This document shows positions 1 to 9,267 of a stretch of DNA of 64,000 bases, in pieces. The translations under genes and the position numbers were made by a program. The first letter of the stretch is position 1, and every line of letters begins with the position of its first letter. Source of the stretch: an uncultured Rikenellaceae bacterium (GTDB taxonomy: Bacteria > Bacteroidota > Bacteroidia > Bacteroidales > VadinHA17). The stretch is taken from contig CAYUQR010000003.1 in the NCBI GenBank assembly GCA_964446825.1, positions 69,971 through 133,970 of the forward strand, written 5' to 3'. The notes under the pieces are model-generated. The model worked only from the letters and a program-made list of their open reading frames with translations. It searched no databases and had not been told where the DNA came from.

Positions 1-298
1 TTTCTGTTGCCTCACCCAGACAGTCATCAGCGAACATGACTTTCCTGCCAAGAAGCTTCTCAAGAACAGGTAATACAGGCTTAAGGGAATATTTTTCCAT
101 TCGACCCTCAGGCCTTCCGAGATGCGACATAAGGATCAATGATCCGCCATCGTTAATGATCTTGTTGATAGTTGGTAATGCCCCCCTTATGCGGGTATCA
201 TCGGTTACAACAAAAGTTTTTTTGTCGAGGGGAACATTGAAATCAACCCTGACTATTGCTTTCTTTCCCTTGAAATTAAAGTCCTGAATCATTTTCAT
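1..298 (-). CDS. pgk: phosphoglycerate kinase, N-terminal fragment (gene continues beyond left edge)
   Basis: Own minus-strand translation from ATG at 296-298 gives [65 protein letters not shown], the canonical PGK N-terminus. It is absent from the ORF track because no stop lies in the window. Confidence 0.9.
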   Translation of the reverse strand, partial: MKMIQDFNFKGKKAIVRVDFNVPLDKKTFVVTDDTRIRGALPTINKIINDGGSLILMSHLGRPEGRMEKYSLKPVLPVLEKLLGRKVMFADDCLGEATE

Positions 299-336
299 AT
301 ATCTTATATTTTATCGGGTAAATAATATTTCTTCCA

Positions 337-344
337 CAAACCTA
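337..344 (-). promoter_or_regulatory. -7 box TAGGTTTG (pgk)
   Basis: CAAACCTA on the plus strand, 38 nt upstream of ATG 298. Matches the Bacteroidota TAnnTTTG consensus. Confidence 0.4.
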
Positions 345-410
345 CTGCTTTTTTGGAAATATTTAAATGCAATAAATCAACTTAATATCATAAAATATTA
401 AGCCGCTTTG

Positions 411-517
411 CACTCTGCTCTGTGATCCTCTGTGCTTCTTTGTGTTTCTCTGTGTAACTAAAAACCATAAAAACTTACACAGAGTTGCACAGAGGAGGCA
501 CAGAGTTACACAGAGAA
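411..517. repeat. inverted array of phased heptamers: 4x CTCTGTG then 4x CACAGAG
   Basis: CTCTGTG-type copies start at 418, 428, 438 (CTTTGTG) and 448. CACAGAG copies start at 478, 488, 499 and 509. Central perfect 10-bp stem 448-457/475-484. Confidence 0.85.
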
Positions 518-583
518 TGATAAACATGTAACGGACTGAACCATTCACTTCTGAAAAATGTTTCCACTTCATAAAAGATTAAC

Positions 584-591
584 TAAATTTG
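584..591 (+). promoter_or_regulatory. -7 box TAAATTTG (tpx)
   Basis: 11 nt upstream of ATG 603. Confidence 0.4.
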
Positions 592-602
592 GAAAAAAAG
601 TT

Positions 603-1100
603 ATGGCAAATTTTACACTTCAAGGCGTCCCGACACATTTATCCGGACACTTACCAAAAGCAGGAAGCAAAGCTCCTGATTTTAACCTGGTCAAATCTGA
701 CCTGTCAAATCTGAAACTCTCAGACCTGAAAGGGAAAAAAGTGATACTAAGTATATTCCCCAGTCAGGAAACCGGGACCTGCTCTGCCCAACTCCGCAGG
801 TTCAATAAGATCGCTGCCGGAAAGAAAGATGTAATAGTTCTTGGCATCTCGAAAGACCTTCCTTTTGCCCACAAGCGTTTCTGTGCATCAGAGGGGATCA
901 CCGACGTTATCACGCTATCAGGTTACAGGGATCATGAATTTGGAAAATCTTATGGCATTGATGTGCTTGACGGAGCTTTTGGAGGCCTCTATGCACGTAC
1001 CGTTATAATCATTGATGAAACCGGGAAGATAGTCTATACTCAGCAAGTTACAGAGATGTCCAATGAACCCGACTACGATGAGGTTCTTGCTGCCCTGTGA
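603..1100 (+). CDS. tpx: thiol peroxidase (atypical 2-Cys peroxiredoxin)
   Basis: ORF 558..1100 with APDFNLV, KVILSIFPSQETGTCSAQ and FCASEGI motifs. Start moved to ATG 603 (MANFTLQG) because a TAAATTTG -7 box lies at 584-591 inside the longer ORF. Confidence 0.88.
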   Translation: MANFTLQGVPTHLSGHLPKAGSKAPDFNLVKSDLSNLKLSDLKGKKVILSIFPSQETGTCSAQLRRFNKIAAGKKDVIVLGISKDLPFAHKRFCASEGITDVITLSGYRDHEFGKSYGIDVLDGAFGGLYARTVIIIDETGKIVYTQQVTEMSNEPDYDEVLAAL

Positions 1101-1146
1101 GACCCGATTCCCGAAAATACTCTTTCCCTTAAAGAATTAGCAAAAG

Positions 1147-2274
1147 ATGAATTTCTCGCAGATACCGGGTCAGAAAGAGATAATTGAAAGACTTCTGAGG
1201 TCAGTCCATGAGGAACGAGTGAGCCATGCACAGATCTTTGTCGGTAATGAAGGATGCGGCAGTCTGGCTCTGGCTCTTGCCTATGCCCGGTATATAAGCT
1301 GTGAGAACAGGTCGGAGCATGACTCCTGCGGCACATGTAAATCGTGTGTCAAATATGAAAAAATGATCCATCCCGATCTGCATTTTGTTTTCCCCGTTAT
1401 CAAAGGGAAAAAAGCGACTGACCCTGTCAGCGATCACTACCTGGAGGAATGGCGGGAGTTTGTAATAAGCTCCCCTTATTTTACTCTTAATAACTGGCTC
1501 GATACAATTGAAGTAGGGAATGCCCAGGGAATGATATTTGCATCGGAAGCTTCCGAGATTATAAAAAAACTCAGTCTTAAAACATTTGAATCGGACTTTA
1601 AGATAATGATCATCTGGCTTCCGGAAAAGATGCACCAGGCAACTGCCAACAAGCTTCTTAAGATGATTGAGGAACCACCTGAAAAGACACTGTTCCTGCT
1701 GGTTTCGGAGGAGTCCGATAAGGTGATCCCTACCATTCTTTCGCGATGCCAGATGGTAAAAATCCCGGCATTCAAACCCGGTGATATTGAAATATACCTG
1801 GTTCAGCGCTTTGGTATATCACACGAAAAAGCATCCGATATTGCTCGTGTTTCAATTGGCAGTATCACCAGGGCTGTTGAGCTTTGCGAGTATGAGGAAT
1901 CATCCCTTTCCAATCTCGATAATTTTAAAAAACTTATGCGATTTGCATGGAAACGCGATATAATCTCATTAATCAACTGGTCGGAGGAAATTGCTACTAA
2001 CGGGAGGGAAGCACAGAAGAATTTCATCTCCTTCGCGCTGAGACTACTCAGAGAAAACCTTATGCTTACTCTCGGCCAGATGAAAAATAACCTGGTGTTC
2101 CTTGCAGGTGAAGAAGTAACTTTTTCAGGAAACTTTCATTCTTTCATCAACCAGCAAAATATCTATAAGCTTACCGACGAATTTAACACCGGCTATTCAC
2201 ATATCGAAGCCAACGGTAATCCAAAGATCATTTTTCTTGATCTGGCATTAAAAGTTACAAGGCTGATCAGATGA
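1147..2274 (+). CDS. holB: DNA polymerase III subunit delta-prime
   Basis: 375 aa. AAA+ clamp-loader N-terminus SHAQIFVGNEGCGSLALALAYARYISC, zinc module CGTCKSCVKYEK, SRCQ motif. Confidence 0.85.
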   Translation: MNFSQIPGQKEIIERLLRSVHEERVSHAQIFVGNEGCGSLALALAYARYISCENRSEHDSCGTCKSCVKYEKMIHPDLHFVFPVIKGKKATDPVSDHYLEEWREFVISSPYFTLNNWLDTIEVGNAQGMIFASEASEIIKKLSLKTFESDFKIMIIWLPEKMHQATANKLLKMIEEPPEKTLFLLVSEESDKVIPTILSRCQMVKIPAFKPGDIEIYLVQRFGISHEKASDIARVSIGSITRAVELCEYEESSLSNLDNFKKLMRFAWKRDIISLINWSEEIATNGREAQKNFISFALRLLRENLMLTLGQMKNNLVFLAGEEVTFSGNFHSFINQQNIYKLTDEFNTGYSHIEANGNPKIIFLDLALKVTRLIR

Positions 2275-2312
2275 ACATTAACCTTAATTGTTGATATAAT
2301 ACTTTTATTCAC

Positions 2313-2320
2313 TAATTTTG
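2313..2320 (+). promoter_or_regulatory. -7 box TAATTTTG (PSP1-gldH-trmB block)
   Basis: 29 nt upstream of ATG 2350. Confidence 0.45.
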
Positions 2321-2349
2321 CGAAGTAAATTCGACAGGATAGAAATATT

Positions 2350-3486
2350 ATGATAGATAACGAAGATATACAGGGACAGACAGGTGAAGAACCCATTATG
2401 CCCGATATTACATATAAGCCGGGCTATAACAAACTTGACTCATTCAACTGGCTGAAAGATATTCCGGATGTTCCGGATGAAAACGATATTGTTGAAATCC
2501 GTTTCAAAAACACAAGAAAAGGATTCTACAGGAATGTTAACGGACTCAGGCTTGAAACAGGTGATGTGGTTGCAGTTGAAGCTTCTCCCGGCCATGACAT
2601 TGGAAGAGTATCGATGGTTGGACACCTGGTAGCTGAACAGTTGAAAAAGACCAAGGCTTTTCCCTCCCTTGAGGATATGAAAAAAGTTTACCGCAAGGCA
2701 AAAGCTGTAGATATTCAAAAATGGGAGGAGGCCAAAAAACTCGAGATCACTACCATGCTCCGTTCACGCAAAATTTCTGAAGAGCTTAACCTGAACATGA
2801 AGATAGGTGATGTTGAATACCAGGGTGATAAAACAAAAGCCATATTCTATTACATAGCAGACGAGCGGGTTGATTTCAGGCAACTGATAAAAGTACTGGC
2901 CGATGAATTCAGGGTAAGGATAGAAATGCGGCAGATAGGCGCAAGGCAGGAGGCAGGAAGGATTGGAGGAATTGGTTCCTGCGGAAGGGAATTATGCTGC
3001 TCAACATATATAACCAATTTCATATCAGTTACAACAACGCATGCCAAATACCAGGAACTATCTCTTAATCCCCAGAAACTGGCAGGGCAATGCAGTAAAC
3101 TTAAATGCTGCCTTAACTTTGAACTCGACTGCTACGTGGAAGCACAAAGATCATTCCCCCCACGGGAAATCCCGCTTGAAGCTCTCGACTGTACCGCATG
3201 GTTTCAGAAGATGGAAGTTCACAAAGGTATTTACTGGTATTCCACAGATCAGCATTCATCAGCCAATATGATTGCGTTGCCGGTTGAAAGGGTCAGGGAG
3301 ATACAGGCACTGAACAAAAAAGGGAAAAAGGTTGAGAAGCTAAAGCTTATTGAAGAATCATGGGAAATAACTCCTGTATCTCATGATCTTTTAAAAAATA
3401 ACAGCCTGACCCGCTTCGATCCTCCTGACCAAAGAAATCAGCACAAAAGAAAAAACAGAAGATTCAATGATAAAAGGAATAGATAA
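2350..3486 (+). CDS. PSP1 domain protein (YaaT/RicT-like)
   Basis: 378 aa. VDFRQLIKVLADEFRVRIEMRQIGARQEAGRIGGIGSCGRELCCSTY is the PSP1 signature. holB-PSP1 synteny. Confidence 0.85.
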   Translation: MIDNEDIQGQTGEEPIMPDITYKPGYNKLDSFNWLKDIPDVPDENDIVEIRFKNTRKGFYRNVNGLRLETGDVVAVEASPGHDIGRVSMVGHLVAEQLKKTKAFPSLEDMKKVYRKAKAVDIQKWEEAKKLEITTMLRSRKISEELNLNMKIGDVEYQGDKTKAIFYYIADERVDFRQLIKVLADEFRVRIEMRQIGARQEAGRIGGIGSCGRELCCSTYITNFISVTTTHAKYQELSLNPQKLAGQCSKLKCCLNFELDCYVEAQRSFPPREIPLEALDCTAWFQKMEVHKGIYWYSTDQHSSANMIALPVERVREIQALNKKGKKVEKLKLIEESWEITPVSHDLLKNNSLTRFDPPDQRNQHKRKNRRFNDKRNR

Positions 3487-3949
3487 ACAGTCATTCATTT
3501 TAATATTGGCATCTTTGATTTTGCTGTCTTCATGCAGCAGTAAAATCGTTTTCACCGATTCGCACGACATGCCCCGAAATACCTGGAAACTGATGGATAT
3601 TCCGACGTTTGAGGTTCCCGTCAATGATACTGTTACCAGGGATAATGTCTTTTTTACTATCCGTACAGGTTCTTCATACCCTTTTCGAAACATTTACCTT
3701 TTTGTGACAACTACTTCACCTGACGGCAAAAAATTAACTGACACTCTTCAGTATAATCTTGCCGACGACAAGGGAAAACGGTACGGAAAAGGATTTGGGG
3801 ATATTCGTGAGTTAAATCTCCCTTATAGATCAAATATCTTCTTCCCTGTAAAAGGAACATATCAGTTTAAGATTCAGCATGGCATGCGTGTTGAAGATCT
3901 TAAAGGGGTCTATGATCTCGGTATAAGGATAGAAAAGTTCAGTAAATAA
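3467..3949 (+). CDS. gldH: gliding-motility / T9SS lipoprotein GldH
   Basis: 160 aa with lipobox LLSSC. Size, sequence style and the PSP1-gldH neighbourhood match what I recall for Bacteroidota GldH. Overlaps the upstream gene by 20 nt. Confidence 0.65.
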   Translation: MIKGIDKQSFILILASLILLSSCSSKIVFTDSHDMPRNTWKLMDIPTFEVPVNDTVTRDNVFFTIRTGSSYPFRNIYLFVTTTSPDGKKLTDTLQYNLADDKGKRYGKGFGDIRELNLPYRSNIFFPVKGTYQFKIQHGMRVEDLKGVYDLGIRIEKFSK

Positions 3950-3959
3950 TGCTTTAGTT

Positions 3960-4736
3960 GTGGGAAAGAATAAACTCGCAAGATGGACTGAATTGGGATC
4001 TTTTGCCAATGTAATACAACCCGAAACAGACGAGATATCCGGAAAAGATCATCCTGTAAAAGGATCGTGGAAAGATAAAATCTTTAAGAACAATAATCCA
4101 CTGGTTCTTGAGCTTGGATGCGGGAAAGGAGAATATACCACAGGACTTGCTGCCAGGTTCCCGATGAACAACTATATAGGAATCGATATTAAAGGTGCAA
4201 GAATGTGGAGGGGAGCAAAAACATCCCACGAAAAAAAAATGTTAAACGTTGCTTTTCTCAGAACAAGAATTGAGTTTATTAATTCATTCTTTGCCAATGA
4301 TGAAGTAGATGAAATATGGATAACCTATCCCGATCCTCATCCGGGCGGCAGAAACTCAAATAAAAGACTTACTTCTTCACGATACCTTAATGTTTATCGC
4401 CAGTTCCTGAAAAATAACGGACTGGTGCATCTTAAAACAGATAATACCGAACTTTACAACTTCACAAAAAACCTTGTAAGTCACAATAACCTGGAACTTG
4501 TTTTTTCCACAAATGATCTGTATTCCGGAAATAACACATTTGATTCCCTTTCTTCGTATTTTAAGACGAGGCAAATGGATTCAGAAGGTAAAAGCGCTTC
4601 CATAGATGATGTACTTTCAATCCGAACCCATTATGAAAACATCTTCCTGAACGAAGGATCAAAAATCAACTTCCTCTCTTTCAGACTGAACAAAGAAAAG
4701 ATGATAGAAGATGCCACACCAAAAACAAAAAAATAA
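3960..4736 (+). CDS. trmB: tRNA (guanine-N7)-methyltransferase
   Basis: 258 aa, GTG start. SAM motif VLELGCGKGEYT and DEIWITYPDPHP motif. Confidence 0.85.
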   Translation: MGKNKLARWTELGSFANVIQPETDEISGKDHPVKGSWKDKIFKNNNPLVLELGCGKGEYTTGLAARFPMNNYIGIDIKGARMWRGAKTSHEKKMLNVAFLRTRIEFINSFFANDEVDEIWITYPDPHPGGRNSNKRLTSSRYLNVYRQFLKNNGLVHLKTDNTELYNFTKNLVSHNNLELVFSTNDLYSGNNTFDSLSSYFKTRQMDSEGKSASIDDVLSIRTHYENIFLNEGSKINFLSFRLNKEKMIEDATPKTKK

Positions 4737-5061
4737 TAATGATTTTTTCTCAAGGGTTTATGAAGTTACCAGGCTCATCCCTTTTGGAAGAATAACGTCA
4801 TACGGCGCAATTGCCCGTTATCTTGGCTCGGGAAGGTCGGCACGAATGGTAGGATGGGCTCTGAATACATGCCACAGCAATCCTGATTTCGTCCCTGCCC
4901 ACAGAGTGGTAAATCATAAAGGTCTTCTTACAGGGAAACATCATTTTGGCAATTCCAACACTATGGAACAGCTTCTTGAAAATGAAGGCATAATAGTGGA
5001 AGATGACAAAATTGTCAATTTCCATGAAAAATTCTGGGATCCGCTAACGGAACTAATGTAG
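4711..5061 (+). CDS. MGMT-family DNA-binding protein lacking the acceptor cysteine (alkyltransferase-like, ATL)
   Basis: 116 aa with RITSYGAIARYLG...RMVGWAL...VPAHRVVNHKG. The PCHR active-site motif reads PAHR. Confidence 0.75.
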   Translation: MPHQKQKNNNDFFSRVYEVTRLIPFGRITSYGAIARYLGSGRSARMVGWALNTCHSNPDFVPAHRVVNHKGLLTGKHHFGNSNTMEQLLENEGIIVEDDKIVNFHEKFWDPLTELM

Positions 5062-5105
5062 AAATTTTGCAATCTGCTGGAAAATTGGTAAAATTGCATC
5101 TTATT

Positions 5106-5113
5106 TATATTTG
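5106..5113 (+). promoter_or_regulatory. -7 box TATATTTG (apbC-nifU)
   Basis: 62 nt upstream of ATG 5176. The leader contains the small hairpin CCCC-TGAC-GGGG (5131-5142). Confidence 0.4.
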
Positions 5114-5175
5114 ATTTAAATAAAAATAGACCCCTGACGGGGCAGTTGATAAATGACATTAAATAAGAATTTGAG

Positions 5176-6279
5176 ATGATTTCAAAAGAACAAATATCAA
5201 AAGCACTTACCAGGATAGTACACCCCGATAAAGGAAAAGATATAGTTACTCTGGGTATGGTTACTGAAATTGATGCAGGGAAAAATGGTATATCAATAAC
5301 TTTAACCCCTGAAAAGTCAAATGACCCGTTCATTTCATCAATAAAGAGCATAATAGTCAAAACTTTAAAGGAAGAATTTGGTCCTGATACCGTTATCAGT
5401 GAGATAAAGGTTGAACCAAAGGTCGTTGTCGGGAAATACAAGGAAAAACAGCGGGAAATCCTACCAGGAGTTACTAATATTATTGCAGTATCATCCGGCA
5501 AAGGAGGTGTCGGAAAAACGACGATCGCCGTTAACCTGGCCATTTCACTTGCACGCAAAGGTTTTAAGGTAGGATTGCTGGATGCTGATGTATTCGGACC
5601 TTCCGTTCCTAAAATGTTAAACGAGGAAAAATACAGGCCCGAAGTGATAAGGGAAAATAATACAGACTATATCGTACCCTTATTAAAACATGGTGTTAAG
5701 GTTCTTTCGACAGGCTTTTTTGTAGATCCGTCAGATGCTGTAATCTGGAGAGGCCCTATGGCATCTAATTTCCTTAAGCAGCTAATCACACAGGGGAAAT
5801 GGGATATCCTCGACTATCTTCTTGTAGATCTCCCCCCCGGAACCAGCGATATACATCTTACTCTTGTCCAGGAGGTACCCGTTACAGGGGCAATAGTCGT
5901 AACCACTCCACAGGATGTTGCGCTTGCAGATGCAATAAAAGGAATATCAATGTTCAGAAGCGATAAAATTGATGTTCCGGTAATTGGGCTGGTCGAAAAC
6001 ATGTCGTGGTTTACGCCTGCTGAATTACCTTCAAACAAGTACTATATTTTCGGGAAAGACGGTGGCAAAAACCTGTCTGAGAAAATGAATGTTCCTTTGC
6101 TTGGACAAATACCATTGGTTCAGAGTATATGTGAGAGCAGCGATAATGGTCAGCCTGTTGCTCTGACTGATTCGCTTACGGGGAATGCATTTATGGATCT
6201 GGCCACTCAGCTGGTCGAAAAGACAGAACAGAGAAATAATGACCAGAAACCTACAATAAAAGTTGAAATGACAAAATAA
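5176..6279 (+). CDS. apbC: Mrp/NBP35/ApbC-family iron-sulfur cluster carrier ATPase
   Basis: 367 aa. P-loop IAVSSGKGGVGKTTIAVNLA, LLVDLPPGTSD, N-terminal DUF59-like segment. Confidence 0.9.
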   Translation: MISKEQISKALTRIVHPDKGKDIVTLGMVTEIDAGKNGISITLTPEKSNDPFISSIKSIIVKTLKEEFGPDTVISEIKVEPKVVVGKYKEKQREILPGVTNIIAVSSGKGGVGKTTIAVNLAISLARKGFKVGLLDADVFGPSVPKMLNEEKYRPEVIRENNTDYIVPLLKHGVKVLSTGFFVDPSDAVIWRGPMASNFLKQLITQGKWDILDYLLVDLPPGTSDIHLTLVQEVPVTGAIVVTTPQDVALADAIKGISMFRSDKIDVPVIGLVENMSWFTPAELPSNKYYIFGKDGGKNLSEKMNVPLLGQIPLVQSICESSDNGQPVALTDSLTGNAFMDLATQLVEKTEQRNNDQKPTIKVEMTK

Positions 6280-6292
6280 TCATTCAAATAAT

Positions 6293-6532
6293 ATGACAAA
6301 TACACTTAGCGTAAAGGAACGTGTTGCAAAGGCCCTTGAAAGAGTCAGACCCTATTTACAGTCGGATGGCGGTGATATCGATCTTATAGAGGTTACTGAC
6401 GATATGACTGTTAAGGTCAAGCTTACCGGAGCCTGCTATGGTTGCCCCTATAGTATGCAGACATTAAAAGCTGGAGTCGAACAGGCAATAATGAAGGAAG
6501 TGCCTGAAATCAGAAGAGTTATTTCAGCCTGA
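6293..6532 (+). CDS. NifU C-terminal-domain Fe-S assembly protein
   Basis: 79 aa. GACYGCPYSMQTLK CxxC motif of the NifU/Nfu domain. Confidence 0.85.
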   Translation: MTNTLSVKERVAKALERVRPYLQSDGGDIDLIEVTDDMTVKVKLTGACYGCPYSMQTLKAGVEQAIMKEVPEIRRVISA

Positions 6533-6557
6533 GAAAGCACTTCATCTCATTTTTATT

Positions 6558-6565
6558 TACCTTTG
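6558..6565 (+). promoter_or_regulatory. -7 box TACCTTTG (porW-porX)
   Basis: Within TTATTTACCTTTG, 47 nt upstream of TTG 6613. Confidence 0.5.
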
Positions 6566-6612
6566 AAATACTATACACAAATTTAGTCAGTTATAGTATA
6601 AAAAGTCACTTA

Positions 6613-9267
6613 TTGGCTCCAAAGAAAACACTATATAAATATCTGTTGATAATTGTAATATCAGTTATCGCGGCAGATTGTTCCGTAGAAAAAAACACTG
6701 ATGCAAGCAGGTTTTATAATAGCATGACCGCTAAATATAACATCTATTTTAATGGCTATGAGAGTTTTAAAGCAGGCCTGAATAAAATAGAAAATAATTA
6801 TCGCGATGATTATGCGGAACTTCTTAAAGTCTTTGAATTCAGCGATCCTTCTACTGCTTCACTATGTTCTTCCGATATGGAAAGAGCTATTCAGAAGGCA
6901 TCAAAGCTGATCTCTTTAAAATCAATTACGGCTAAACCTGAACTAAAAGTAAAGCACGATCTTACGGAAAATGAGAAGGAACTGCTGAACAGAAAAGAAT
7001 ACAATGAATGGGTGGACGACAGTTACCTGCTTATTGGCAAAGCACGGTTTTATAAACATGAATTAAAAGAAGCGCAGGCTGTATTCAGTTACTGTATAAC
7101 TGAGGCAAACGACCCCGAAATAAAAGCAGAGGCAACCATCTGGCTTGCCAGAATCGATAATGAAACCGGCAATTTTATTGAATCGTCAAGGTTACTTAAC
7201 GGGCTCGAGCTTACTAAAGATTTCACAAAATACTTAAAATCAATGTACTATACTACCATGGCAGATATGTACATTAAACAAAAAAAATATTCGGAAGCAA
7301 CAGAACCGCTCAGTAAATCGATTGAATTAATCAGTGGCAAAAGGAACAGGTACAGGCTCACTTACCTGCTGGCACAGTTATATGAGAAAACAGGTGATGC
7401 AGCCAGGGCCACATCACTTTATCGCCAGGTTGTTAAGATGAATCCTCCATATGATGTTGAATTTAATGCCAGGATAAATATTGCAGGAGTATTCGATGTC
7501 AACTCGGGAAATCCGAAAGAGATAAGGAGAGAGCTCGAAAAGATGCTGAGAGATTCGAAGAACAAGGATTACCGCGATCAGATCTACTATGCCCTGGGCA
7601 ACTTATCGATGAAAGAGGGTAATAAAACAGAAGCTCTCGGATTCTACAGGAAATCTGCCTCTGCCAGTTCACAGAATCAGAATCAGAAAGGCCGGTCTTA
7701 CCTGGCTATGGCAACATATTATTATGAGAAACCTGATTACATGAAAGCAGGAAAGTATTATGACAGTACCATTTATTTTCTCGATCAGAAGAATCCCGAT
7801 TACCTGGCATTAAAAGCTAAATCACAAAATCTTAATGCTCTTGTTTCCCAGCTCTTCATTGTACAAAGGGAAGACAGTCTTCAGCGCATAGCCAAGATGC
7901 CTGAAGCTGACAGGAACCGTTACATTTCATCAATTATTGATAAAATAATAAAGGACGAAAGTGAGGGAAAGACTTCCGAATATGCCGACAGGTATAATAT
8001 GGGTCAATTCTATGAGAATGAGAGGCGGAACCAGGGAAATATAAGCCAGGAAGGAAAATGGTACTTCTATAACCAGACAGCCCTTACATTTGGCCGTACA
8101 GAATTCCGAAGGCGCTGGGGTGACAGAAAGCTTGAGGACAACTGGAGAAGGTCTAATAAAGCAAGAGTTAATATCCTACAAACATCAGCTGTGCCTCCTG
8201 ATGGTTCACAGCAGGGAACTGATACATCTGCAGCAGTAATGGATTATAAAAAACCCGAATTCTACCTTAAGAACCTGCCGCTGACTGACTCACTTATGGC
8301 TCTTTCCAATGACCGGATCGCTACAGCACTGCTTAATGCAGGAAAAGCATATTCTGAAAAAATAGCTGAACCGGCGAAAGCTACCGAGACATATGAATCG
8401 CTGATCGATCGTTACCCATCCAGTGACCTGATACCTGAAGCACTGTATGATCTTTACAATATCAATAAAGACATAAACAGTACCAAAGCAGAAACATACA
8501 GGCAAAGACTGCTGGAAAAATATCCTGACAGCGAGTATGCAAAAATTCTTTCAGATCCGACTTATTACGAAAAAAAGATAGCTGATCTGAAAAAGAATGA
8601 ACATCTTTACGAGGATGCATATAATGCTTTTAGCAGCGAAAACTTCAGTGAGGCTCTTTCATTATGCGACAGCGCTCTGAAAAAAGACCCGAAAAACAGC
8701 CTCGCTCCTAAATTTATGCTGCTTCATGCCTATTCAACAGCAAGGGTAAGTGATGAAAGGACCTTCAAACAGGATCTTAATAACCTCATCAAAAAATGGC
8801 CTGAAACAAATGAGAGCAAAAGAGCCACAGAGCTGATTGCTTATCTGAATCAGAAAGTTCCTGAGCTTAAGGTTGAAGAGGACAAAAAAATTGCAGCAGA
8901 TCTATATGTTGCGGATACAACGGCTACTCATGTTTTTGCCCTTGTAATAAACGATCCCGCTTTCAATATCAACCAGGCTACATTTGACGTAATAAGCTAC
9001 AATATTGATAATTTTACAAACAGCAATTACAAAACAGAAGGAACTCTTGTTAACAATAAATATATAATTATTACTGTTTCGGGCTTTAAGAATTTTACCG
9101 CAGCAATGAATTACTACAAATTATTCAAAGCCGGAAACCCGGTCAGAAATCCGACTGGATCCCCAACGATGTCTTTCGTCATAAACAGTAGTAATCTGAG
9201 AGTTCTCAACAACGATAAGGATCCTGAACGCTACAGATTGTTCTTTATGGAGAACTACATAAAATGA
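6613..9267 (+). CDS. porW: TPR-repeat lipoprotein, probable T9SS component PorW/SprE
   Basis: 884 aa, TTG start, lipobox AADC, TPR-like repeats throughout. The N-terminal NSMTAKYNIYFNGYESFKAG motif resembles what I recall for SprE/PorW. Its stop overlaps the porX start (ATGA). Confidence 0.55.
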   Translation: MAPKKTLYKYLLIIVISVIAADCSVEKNTDASRFYNSMTAKYNIYFNGYESFKAGLNKIENNYRDDYAELLKVFEFSDPSTASLCSSDMERAIQKASKLISLKSITAKPELKVKHDLTENEKELLNRKEYNEWVDDSYLLIGKARFYKHELKEAQAVFSYCITEANDPEIKAEATIWLARIDNETGNFIESSRLLNGLELTKDFTKYLKSMYYTTMADMYIKQKKYSEATEPLSKSIELISGKRNRYRLTYLLAQLYEKTGDAARATSLYRQVVKMNPPYDVEFNARINIAGVFDVNSGNPKEIRRELEKMLRDSKNKDYRDQIYYALGNLSMKEGNKTEALGFYRKSASASSQNQNQKGRSYLAMATYYYEKPDYMKAGKYYDSTIYFLDQKNPDYLALKAKSQNLNALVSQLFIVQREDSLQRIAKMPEADRNRYISSIIDKIIKDESEGKTSEYADRYNMGQFYENERRNQGNISQEGKWYFYNQTALTFGRTEFRRRWGDRKLEDNWRRSNKARVNILQTSAVPPDGSQQGTDTSAAVMDYKKPEFYLKNLPLTDSLMALSNDRIATALLNAGKAYSEKIAEPAKATETYESLIDRYPSSDLIPEALYDLYNINKDINSTKAETYRQRLLEKYPDSEYAKILSDPTYYEKKIADLKKNEHLYEDAYNAFSSENFSEALSLCDSALKKDPKNSLAPKFMLLHAYSTARVSDERTFKQDLNNLIKKWPETNESKRATELIAYLNQKVPELKVEEDKKIAADLYVADTTATHVFALVINDPAFNINQATFDVISYNIDNFTNSNYKTEGTLVNNKYIIITVSGFKNFTAAMNYYKLFKAGNPVRNPTGSPTMSFVINSSNLRVLNNDKDPERYRLFFMENYIK

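Noticed and set aside
36-287. 83-aa plus-strand ORF at the left edge
   Set aside because: It is the antisense shadow of pgk. The minus-strand translation is an unmistakable PGK N-terminus.
363-572. 69-aa minus-strand ORF
   Set aside because: It is composed of the CTCTGTG/CACAGAG repeat array read through (LCVTLCLLCATLC). It has no independent coding signal and runs into the tpx promoter region.
4941-5558. 205-aa minus-strand ORF
   Set aside because: It is antisense to the well-supported apbC/mrp gene and has low-complexity composition with no recognisable family.
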